64,000 nucleotides of DNA from Octopus vulgaris (taxonomy: Eukaryota): contig OX597817.1 in NCBI GenBank assembly GCA_951406725.2, forward strand, positions 35,340,001 to 35,404,000, given 5' to 3'. Numbering within the stretch: the stretch's first letter is position 1; the number at the start of each line of letters is the position of its first letter. The notes beneath the pieces were generated by a model, which made no database searches, was not told the DNA's origin, and saw only the letters and a list, made by a program, of their open reading frames with translations. This document shows positions 24,501 to 36,500 of the stretch, one piece after another. The position numbers were made by a program, and so were the translations under genes.

Positions 24501-27500
24501 AATCACACAGATATATTAAATTGTATTTCCTGTTTATCAACAACACTCTTTTAGTATCAATTCTTCCATATTTGATTGAGTTCAAGTGAAAATTTAATAG
24601 CTATTGAATTCACATTAGCAGACAATACATGGTGAGGTAAGATCTGGGCATCATGTCTCTCGGAAAAGAGACTAAAAATTAAGAGGGTTTGATATATAGT
24701 GTATGGTAGAATCAGCCACCCTAACACGAAAGGAATAGGAATTTAAAATGATTAAGACATATATAACCTTATTTTGGAATTAAACTTAATGTAGTGAACG
24801 GGAGAAGCTTGGGCTGCAATATCTGCTCATTAGTCACTAGTGGGGCCAAAAGTGTAAAGTATTGTCTGAGTGCAAAATGTCCTAAATGACCAGTGATAAA
24901 TTTCTTGGTAATGTGCTGAAGCATTTGTTATGATAAGAGAAACTTTTGCGCTTCATTCAAAATTTGAATCTTGTGCTTGAAAGATAACAATCGTAAACCC
25001 AGAGTCTTGTAAAGCAGGTCCTTGTGAAGTGAGGTATTACTGTATTTGACTGTATATGTGTATGAGATTGTTTATCTATGTGTTAGAGTCTTTTTGTGAC
25101 AGTGTTGTTTTTCTGTATAATATTAATGAGTTCACTTTTTGAAATTTCAAACAAATTTTATTGCACTTCTTTTATAGTTCCCCTGCGATAAATTCTTCAG
25201 TTTATGGTGAGTAACTCTATTTTGACATTAATTATTAAAAAATTCTGTCAAATTTGAAACAAGGAAACAATAAATTATATGACTAGCAATACATCATGCA
25301 TGCATTCATGCACACACACACACACCCTAACTACCCATATGCACATGTACCCCCATCCTATCCCCACACATGCACACACACACATACACTGATGTATTTA
25401 TCAATACATACACTGATGTATGTATCAATGCCAGTGCTGCCTGACTGGCTCCCATGCTGGTGGCACATAAAAAGCACCATTTGAGGGTAGTCAATGCCTG
25501 TACCACCTGACTGGTCCCTGTGCCAGTGACACGTAAAATGCACCCAGTACACTCTCAGAGTGGTTGGTGTTAGGAAGGGCATTCAGATCTGCCGGATCAG
25601 ATTGGAGCCTGGTGCAGCCTCTTGGGTTGCCAGTCCTCAGTCAAACCATCCAACCCATGCCAGAATGGAAAGCGGGCATTAAATGATGATGATGAAATGA
25701 TGATGATAGTGTAGAAATATTTTAATAGCATATTCTGGATATACATCATTTACTCATCATGGGCCAATGAAAGAGCATTAAAGTAGTTGCTCAACCTGCT
25801 AGAAATAGCAATCAGATATCCTTTAAGCCATCTTTCAATGCCTTAAAAAAAAAGGGAAGAAAATAGTTTCTAATGTAGTCCTAGATACTCTTAAAATGAG
25901 GGAATGTCATGGCCGAAATGTCTTTGATCATAAATCTTCTCAATCAGGGCTGACCAAGGGCTAAACATTCACTTACACATATATGTAAAAAGTAAACATA
26001 AAGATATATTATTAAATTTGAGTATTTACTTTACAGAAGATCAGTTAGAAAAAGAAAGAATTGAACTTAGAACCCTTCTCTATTCAGGTCAGTATGATAA
26101 TATTTTATCTTCAAAGCAATTTTGTTACTAGATTCTTTCAGTCATTTATCTAAAATTCTTTCTCAATTTCATTTTGTGAAGTGTAATAAAGTGTTCATTA
26201 AGTGGTTCAAGACACTATTTATAAAAATGGGCCAGAATTATGCAAAAAACTGTGTTAGAATTTTACTTAACCCTTTAGCATTCAAATTACTCTGCCAAAT
26301 GTAAAGCTTGAGATTTCGATGATGTTATTCTTTTCTACTCTAGGCACAAGGCCTGAAGTTTTTGGGAAGGGAGCTAGTCAATTAGATCGACCCGAGTACA
26401 CAACTGGTACTTAATTTTTTGACCCCGAAAGGATGAAAGGCAAAGTCAACCTTCACAGAATTTGAAGTCAGAACATAAAGACAGGCGAAATACTGCTAAG
26501 CATTTCGCCCTGCATGCTAATGCTTCTGCCAGCTCGCTGCCTTAATTTTGATGATGTTATTGTCTATATTTAGAACTAGCAGAGATACCTGGCTTTGCTC
26601 AGGATTAAAATGGCATAGTCTTTTTATTGTTTTACTTGTTTCAGTCATGTGACTGTGGCCATGCTGGAGCACCACCATTGGTCGAACAAATCGACCACAG
26701 GATTTATTCTTTGTAAGCCTAGTACTTATTTTATCATTGTATTTTTTTGGGTAAGAGTTTTGAAGTGGCTAGTTTAAGTTGGAATAATTATATGAAAAAG
26801 AGTGCTCACATGAAAACAAAGGCAAATCATAACTTGCAAATGAATACTACTGGCTTTACTGTGCAGGCAGTCGATAAGAGCTCACCACAGCTGACAAAGT
26901 AAAGTATTGACTTTTTCGAGGTGGGTGTGTGTCACATTTTTTAGCTGGCTCAAGCCAAATCCTAGGCGAATTGAGAGTAGTCCATTTATGTTGGGGGCGT
27001 AGAATTTCGAGTATAAATTATAAGAAAAAAACGTCCTAAGTCAAAGAGAGCACACATGTCAAATTTGGTGATATTCGGTTGAAAATTGTAGGAATAGGAG
27101 TGGTTCACACAATGCACACACATACAGACAACTTACCTTTTAATATATAAGATATATACATATATATCTATATATGTATATGTATACATACATATACATA
27201 CATAAATATATCATAGTGAAAGTAATAAAAATGAAACTAAGATATATATACATAGTGAAAGTATTAATAGTGTCACTATTAAAACTGAAAGTATCTCACA
27301 TTACAATAGAGATGTTATTGTTTTACTTTTGACATGTAATATTGAAATAGTGTAAGAGATAAAAGATTGCTCCAGGCTCGCATTAAGCAAGAAGTTGAAA
27401 ATGTTTTTGGCCCATGTCACTGCATGGACCCTAAGTAAGGCATATGTAAAATTTAAATGAAATTGGTTGGGTAGTTTTCAAGTTTTAGTGGTGCACACAT

Positions 27501-30500
27501 ACAGACAGACATTCTCAGTTTTATTTATATAGAACTTAAATACTTTATATTTGAACTTACAACAGGAGGCGTGTTTGGGCTGGATATGGTTTAAATGCTA
27601 AAGGGTTAAACCTTAAATAAATTGATGTATGCTCTTCGAACAAAATACATGCAAATCTCTGAATTTACAAAACATCTGCTTCTGTCCCTCTCTTGTATTT
27701 TTGTATCCCTCAATACTATACCCAACTCTGTTGAAGGGTCTTGTTTTGTAAGTACTTGGTCACCTCACAAGTGTTAGTACCATGAAAAGATCACCTAGTA
27801 TAGCCTGTGCAGTAGGTGGCATTAGGAAGAGCATCCATCTGTAGAAACTATGCCAAAGTAGACATTGGAGCTTTGTGTAAAGCCCTGGCTCATCAGTTGA
27901 TATCAAATTGTTCAACCCATGCCAGCACAGAAAATTGGGCATTAAATCCTTGCTTGGAAAAATGACTGTAAGTTTGGATGGTGAGGATGATGATAGTGCT
28001 GGTGGTGGAGATGATGTCATTGTCATTAGCAGTGCTAATGACAACAACAATGATGATGACCATTACTGATGTGACCACCACTGTTACCATCCTCACTATA
28101 ATCATCAATGCATTTTGAGGACAGGCCTCTTTTTCTCTCATAATTAAGAAAGACTTCAAGAGATTCATTAAAAAGAAAAGAGTTGACCCCCGACTTCTTA
28201 AATTTTAATCTGTAGTGATCAGACAGAAAAAATAAACTTCTTTTTATTTCTTTATTGCCCACAAAGGGCTAAACATACAGGGGACAAACAAGGACAGACA
28301 AAGGGATTAAATCGATTACATCAACACCAGTATGCAACTGGTACTTAATTTATTGACCCTGAAAGGATGAAAGGCAAAGTCAACCTCGGCAGAATTTGAA
28401 CTCAGAACATAACGGCAGACGAAATACCTATTTCTTTACTACCCACAAGGGGCTAAACACAGAGGACAAACAATGACAGACAAACAGATTAAGTCGATTA
28501 TATTGACTCCAGTGCGTAACTGGTACTTATTTAATCGACCCCGAAAAGATGAAAGGCAAAGTCGACCTCAGCGGAATTTGAACTCAGAATGTAGTGGCAG
28601 ACGAAATACTACTAAGCATTTCGGCCGGCGTGCTAACGTTTCTGCTAGCTTGCCACCTTTAAAAATAAACTTCTATAAGAAAAAAATAAACTTCTTCTAT
28701 AAACTTCAATGTGGGAGTTGTTATATGGTAGCTTGACATGCTTGATATAGCAGAGAAATCTCCTTCAAATTACACTATATCTCTTCAAAAATGGAGGATA
28801 CAGCAGGTAATGTAGTCCTAGATTTGTCTTAAAAAAACAAAACAAAATAGACAAAATAATATTGGCAATAGTGATTTGATTGTTTAGCCCTGGATCTTGT
28901 TTCACCTGGGGCTAAACAAGAATAAACTTCCTTATAGTTTTTATTGTTTTGATATCTTTATCAATATTAATCTTTCCATAAGAGATAGTTTGACAAAAAC
29001 AGGAGTGTCAAATAAAATTCCTTTAGTATTTAGTTAAGACTACTTATGGCCTGCATTCAAGTCCCGTCCCTGCTTTTTTTTACCTTTCATCCTTCCAGAA
29101 TAGATAGGATAAAGTGTTATTCATATACTAGTGTTAATATAACTACACCTATCCCCAAATTTGAAGCCTTGTGTCTTTATTAGAGATCAGTATTAACATT
29201 TCTGTATGGGCTGATATAACTTACCATCATATATCTAAATCCAGCACCATCTCATCTTGACAATTCTTTCCCATCTCTAATAGTTCTTCAGTCTCCATTA
29301 TCTCCGTGTATTGCCCACTTCTGTTCATTCTGCAACAGCTAACTGTTGCCAGCAGAATTGTCTCCCTTGCTATGTATATTACGAGTTACAAATTAGTTAC
29401 ATGACCAAGTGGGTACTTCGGTTGAAATAGTCTTGGGTTCAAACCATTCACTCAGTAATGACGATGACAACGGCAAAAAATATAATGGAAAGAAAATAAT
29501 AATACTCTGTTTCTTTGTTCTGTATCCTATTTTGAAGAGCTTGGAATGTCTGCAGTCATTTTCTTTCTGGTTATTGTCTACTTTCCTAATAAACCACCAT
29601 CACCTCCCACAATGTCAGCAGGAATGGAAAGATTAAACTTCAGAGAAGGTATCAAGAATCTAATGAAGTAAGATTTTATTTAGTTGTTTCTATGAGTTAA
29701 CTCTTTTCTGAGTATATAACACTCTCTTATGGTTTATTTGTACTACTCATTCTCATGAGAATGAGTAGTACAAATAAACCATAAGATTATAGTTCTTATT
29801 TTGTATGCCTGTTATTAATCTTGCTTTAATATTATTATTACATTCATGTGCTCTATCAGGATTACAACACTTGTATATCCCTGTGAACAATATTTAAATA
29901 TTCAGTAAGTAATACTATAAACAGTAATATACCATCTCATTATTGTCATCATCATCATTATTATCTTTTTATGTCTACTTTCTGTTTTGGCTTGAGCTGG
30001 AGAGGTCATCGTAATCTGGGTCAGTTCTTATATGGGGTTACTTCCCTCCTAGATAGGTTGAAGGACCGCATTTCAATTGCATGTCCCAGTATTTGGTATG
30101 GTTTCTAAGGTTGGCTGCCCTTCTTAATATCAACTACTTTACTGAGTGTACTGATTAGAGATTTGTTGGTGTGTGGTACTTCGCTATGCAAATATAATAT
30201 ACTATAAGGTATACTATGCTTTCATAGGTCAGTACCACGTTCTATTGCATCAGCAGTGTTCTTACATTATTTTGTTAAGTTTATTTCTACAGATATTCTA
30301 TGGAAATTATTGCCAGCACTGGTTTTTGCTACAACGTTTCATATTGAGATGTCAGATGTAAACAGACAATGTGATCGAAGACAAAAATGGGTAATAAGTG
30401 TATATGCCATATTTCAGGGGTTGCCCCTCCTTCAGCACTCATCTAACCTACTATTGCATCCTAACTCATTGCTTATATAGCCACCGCATACAATGATGTT

Positions 30501-33500
30501 AAGTTATTGGATATACCAACTGACATATTAGACGCATTCCTGGGTGTGGTATGTAAACATTAAAGATTTGTAAGTACATGGTACTTCATTATGGATATAC
30601 CAATTTACATATCAGACTTATGGAAACTTAGTATACCTTACAGTATACCTTATAGTATATTGTGTTTGCATAACAAAGTACCATGTACCTACAAATCTTT
30701 AATATTTACATACCAGCCCCAGGAATACGTCTGATATTTAAATTGGTATATCTAATAACTTAACTCTACTGTATGCGGTGGTCATAAAAGCAATGTGTTC
30801 AGGGGCGAGAATGGGTTAGATGAGTGCTGAAGAAGGGGGCAACAACCCCCAAAATATGGCATATACACTCATTACCCACTTTTGTCTTCGATCACATTTT
30901 CTGATTACATCTGACGTCTCGATATGAAACGTTGTAGCAAAAGTCAGTGCTTGCTATGAGTTCTATAGAATATCTGTAGAAATAACCTTAACAATACGAG
31001 TGTAGTGAGTACTTTTTATCATGGCACCAGCACTAGAAAGGATTAAGTCCTCAATAAAGTAAGACTAACAGGTTCTTTTGACCTTACATTATCTCTGCTC
31101 ATTTGATAAGGTAATCGAGGTAGTCAGAGTATGCGACAGAATACCTAAGATTAGATTAGTGCTTCATCATGGGTTAGCAACCATTATCTTGGCCTGTGCC
31201 CCTCAGCTGGGGCTACCTGAAGGGCAGAAAGACCGATTTTATGACACCCTCTTGCAGACTACCTCGTTGATGAATGACAGGGACCTTCTCTTTGTGGCTG
31301 GTGACTTCAATGGATATGTTGGACAACATACAGGGGGCTTCCATGATGTACATTGGTTCCTGCAATGAGGAGGGAACCAGGCTGCTGGAGTTCTGCGATG
31401 CAAATAATCTTATGGTTTGCAATACTAACTTCAGGAAACCTGCCAGTCATATAGTCACCTACCATTCTGGCAGACACACTAGCCAAATTGACTACATCCT
31501 CGCCAATAAAAGAGAAAGATGGCTGCTTATAAATGCCAAAACCTTCCCAGGTGAAGAATGTACCCCACAACATAGACTGGTAGTTAGCGACTTCAGAATC
31601 ATGGCTAAATGGGTGCCCAGAAGACGACCAGCATGGAGGAGAAGTGTTTGGAAGCTTAAAGATCCTGTGAATGGCCAGAGATTTAGAGACGTATTACTCG
31701 AATCCTTTGACGAAATAGAAGGGAATATATCTTCACACGATGTGGAAGACAACTGTAGGTTTCTACACGACAACCTACTGAGGGCCACTGACCAGATCTG
31801 TGGATGGTGCACAGTCCCCTCTCGACCCAAAATTACATGGTGGTGGAACAATGTTGTTGACAGGGCTATTAGAGAAAAGAAACAGGCTTGGAAGGTCTGG
31901 AAGAATGGTGGTAGCAGGGAATTATATCAGACTGCCAGAAGGGAAGCTAGGAGACAGGTTTATTTAGCCAGAGGGGAAGCAGATAAGAAAAAATTTGCCA
32001 ATGTTTTGCGCCATGAGGACAAAAGACTTGAGATATTTCGTGTTGCAAGACAGTGTGTGGGGGAGAATTGTGATGTAGGAGAAAAATGTGTCTGCATGGA
32101 TGATGGTTCACTTGCACTAAATGAGGCTGCAAAGAGAGAGGTTTGGAAATGCCACTATGAAAGGTTGCTCAATAGCAAGAATGAATGGGAGAAAGAGAGT
32201 CTGCTGAATGTCGACCCAACAGAGGGACAAACTATCCGAATTGACAGTACCTTGGTAGATAAAGCAATTAAGAGTATGAAGACAGGGAAAGCCCCTGGCC
32301 CATCAGGAATTACTACAGAGGTGCTAAAAATATCTGGCAGTGTTGGCTATAGCCTAGTCATCTGTATAGTTAACCATGTGATACATGAAGGAGTCATACC
32401 CAATGACTGGTGTAGCAGCACCATAGTCACCTGCTACAAAGGTAAAGGTGATGCTTTAGATACAAATAATTACAGAGATATCAAGTTGTTGGATCAGGTA
32501 ATGAAGGCCACAGAGAGGGTCATAGCCCAACTAATTAGGGAGAGAGTCAGTTTACATGAGATGCAGTTTGGGTTCGTGCCAGGGAAAAGCACCACTGATG
32601 CTATATTTCTGGTAAGATAGCTGCAGGAGAAATACCTAGCCAAAGATAAACCTCTGTACCTGGCTTTCGTTGACATGGAGAAAGTATTTGACAGGGTCCC
32701 CCGATCCCTTATCTGGTGGTCAGTGAGGAAACTAGGGATAGATGAATGGTTAGTGAGAGCTGTGCAAGGGACACTGTCAGTAAGGTGAGGGTTGGCAACA
32801 AGTACAGTGACGAATTCTGGGTAGAGGTAGGGGTTCACCAAAGTTCAGTCCTCAGCTCCCTCTTATTTCTCATAGTCCTCCAGGCAATAACAGAGGAATT
32901 GAAGACAGGATGCTCCTGGGAGCTCCTCTATGCTGATGACCTTGCTATAATTGCTGAGTCACTATCAGAACTAGAGGGGAAGTTTCAAGCATGGAAACAA
33001 AGATAGAATTGAAGGGCCTTAGAATCAACCTAGCTAAAACCAAAGTCCTAATAAGTAGGAAGGCAGACAATCCACAAATCCCTTCAGGTAGATGGCCCTG
33101 CTCGATCTGTAGAAAAGGCATAGGTAGAAACTCTATAAGATGCACCAAGTGAAAGCTATGGACACATAAGAGGTGCAGCAATATCAAAGGAAGGCTAACT
33201 GGGAAGATAGTTTTTGTATGTGGCAGATGCTCAGAAGTAATAAACACTGAAAATGTGCAGAGAACATCTTCTGCCACATTCCAGGGAGAAAAACTAGAAG
33301 TAGCTGATAGCTTTCTTTAGCTAGGTGACCAAGTCAGTAGCTAGGAAGAATGCGCTGAAAGTGTAGCTGCTAGAATAAGAATAGCCTGGGCAAAGTTCAG
33401 AGAGCTCTTACCTCTACTGGTGACAAAGGGCCTCTCGCTCAGAGTAAAAGGTAGACTGTATGATGCATGTGTACGAACAGCCATGCTTCATGGTAGTGAA

Positions 33501-36500
33501 ACATGGGCTGTGATCGCTGAGGACATGTGTAAGCTTGCAAGGAATGAAGCCAGTATGCTTCGATGGATGTGTAATGTCAGTGTACATACTTGACAGAGTG
33601 TAAGTACCTTGAGAGAAATGTTGGACCTAAGAAGCATCAGATGTAGTGTGCAAGAGAGATGACTGCACTGGAATGGTCATGTGGTGAGAATGGATGAGGA
33701 TAGCTGTGTGAAAAAGTGCCACATCCTAGCGGTTGAGGGAACCTGTGGAAGAGGTAGACCCAGGAAGACCTGGGATGAGGTGGTGAAGCATGACCTTCGA
33801 ACATTAGGCCTCACCAAGGCAATGAATAGTGACCGAGACCTTTGGAAATATGCTGTGCTTGAGAAAACCTGACAAGCCAAGTGAGACCATAACCTGTGGC
33901 CTATGCCAGGGGTGTGACCAGCCCATTTATGCATACCTTTCCTTCATTGAACTCTAAACTCTGCTTGCAAAGACCTATTAAGGCAAGTGAAATTGAAATC
34001 AAATTTGATGAATGGCATCTGTGCTAGTGGAGTGCTAAGAGCACCATTTGAGTGTGATCACTGCCAGAGCAGCTGACTGGCTTCTGTGCTGGTGGTATGT
34101 AAAAAGCACCATTCGAGTGTGATCGTTACCAGCGTCGCCTTACTGGCACTTGTGCCGGAGGCATGTGAAAAAAATATTTGGGCGAGGTTGTTGCCAGTAC
34201 CGCTGGACTGGCTCCTGTGCAGGTGACACGTAAAAAACACCATTTGAGTGTGGCCATTGCCAGTACCACCTGACTGACCCTCATGCTGGTGGCACATAAA
34301 AGCACCCATTACACTCTCAGAGTGGTTGGCATTAGGAAGGGCATCCAGATGTAGAAACTCTGCCAGATCAGATTGGAGCCTGGTGCAGCCATCTGGTTCA
34401 TCAGTCCTCAGTCAAATCGTCCAACCCATGCCAACATGGAAAGCGGACGTTAAACGATGATGATGATTTGCCAATCACTTTACAGAATGTACTGGGAACA
34501 TTTTACTGTGACAACAGCAGAAGAAAAGTTGTTTTGATCTCAACAACAATAAAGACCCTGTGCCCTCTTTGCTCAATTGTCAACCAATTTACAGTACTTA
34601 TGACTGCAGACAGTATAACTTATTTATTTTTATTACCATAACTAGTATTGCAATGCTCCTTTATTATATCTAAACATGAACAAATATCTCTAACTGATGT
34701 CTTTTATCTATTATTTGTTTACCTTTTTCAGGAATTACAGATTCTGGATGTTGGCTGCTATTTATACACTTTGCTCTGGTGTCATTTCCAGCTGGTTAGC
34801 AGTTATCTATATCAATTTAAAGCCTCATCATATTTCACAGGTAAAATTATTAATTCTTTTTTATTTGAGAAGTCTTATTTTTATTGTGTATTTTCATTGC
34901 TCTACCAAGTCAAGGCATTCTGTACCTTGGGTAGGTGCTGTCTTTTGTTTTAGTTTGTTATTTCTACTCTCTGGAATATGTGTTATGCTAGTGTAACCTA
35001 TCAAAATACCTTTCTTAGTAACTCTTGAGAGCTTAGAGAATTTTGATGCTTTATCATTATCAAAGTAGACAAAACTCTTTTCTTTCGTTTGGATTATGCA
35101 AAATAGGATATCATGAACAAATTTGGAGTTTATCTCCATCAAAAAAAATAAGGGTGTGGCAAATATCATCATCATCATCATTTAACGTCCATCTTACATC
35201 CTGGCATGTATATCTGACTTACTAATGGGTCCTTGGTCAGCCTAGGTATTAAAAGTAAGCACAAATGGCATTTAGAATTTGTAAATGCTATTTGTATTTA
35301 GTTTTTATTGTATATATATATATAGATATAGTTAATACCCAGACACAAAAAGAAAAAATAACAATGCGAGTAAGTGTTACATGCAAAGTTTTAGCAGACG
35401 ATCAGGAAAGGAAAGAAAAATAGTATTACATTTCAAGCAAAGCTCTTCGTTAAACAGGAGAAGGAGGAAACTCCAAGAGAAAAGGAAGACGGAGGGCATA
35501 CATACATACATACATACATACATAAAGGGTAAAGACCCCCTTCGGTCATGAATGACCATGGGATTGCACCTAGAAAGTTACCCTCCTAGACACAAGTCCG
35601 GGCAAGGTTGTTTATGGAAGACCAGCAGTCGCCCATGCATACCAGCCTCCCCTCTCCACGCCACCAGTGTTATCCAAGGGAAAGACAAAGGTCGATACAG
35701 CTTGGCACCAGTGACGTCGCAACTCGTTTCTACAGCTGAGTGAACTGGAGCAACGTGAAATAAAGTGCCTTGCTCAAGAACAGGGCACTTTATTTCACGT
35801 TGCTCCAGTTCACTCAGCTTTACATACATACATACACACACATACGTATATATATGTGTGTGTGTGTGTGTGTGAAATGTACAGGTACACTTATCACCAA
35901 ACTTCCTCAAACACTCAGGGGGATCATTAGAAGTAGTAGATAACTTCTGTTGCCTAGGTGACCAAGTTAGCAGTGGAGGAGGAAGTTCTGAAACCACAGT
36001 TGCTAGAATAAGAACAGGCTGGGCAAAGTTCAGAGTGCTCTTACCTTTGTTTGTTTGTAACTAAGGGCCTCTCCGTCAGATTGAAAGGCAGATTGTATGA
36101 TACCTGTGTACACATAGCTATGCTGCATAGCAGTGAAACTCACACTAAACTTGTGCACACCATCACTTGTAGATGCAGTCGTCAATTCGTAAGCACTCAT
36201 AGACGGACTTGTAGATTTCTTGTTAAAAAACAAGTCTAGAGTTGTTTGCTTAGAAAATTTTTTCCACTCTCTATAAATTTCTTGGTAACATGCAGAAGCA
36301 TTTGCTTTGACAGTAGTAACTTGCACTTTGTTCAAAATTCGGATCTTGTACTTGAAAAATTTCAGCTCACCATACAAAGGTGAGCTGAAAAAATAAAACT
36401 CATAAACCTGGGGTCTCATAAAGTGGGTCTTCAGAAAGTGAGATATTACTGTATATGTGATCTCATATCAAACAACTTCTAACATTGTAACCCAGAATGG

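Larger units (their letters stand above)
26271..27605. mobile_element. piggyBac-type MITE expanded by nested insertions
   Basis: TTAA|CCCTTTAGCATTCAAA ... TTTAAATGCTAAAGGG|TTAA (15/16 TIR). Confidence 0.8.

Noticed and set aside
23580-26037. Frameshift or pseudogene status of the transporter (exon 4 phase 2 versus exon 6 phase 1)
   Set aside because: Resolved by the 29-nt exon at 25178-25206, which has canonical splice sites.
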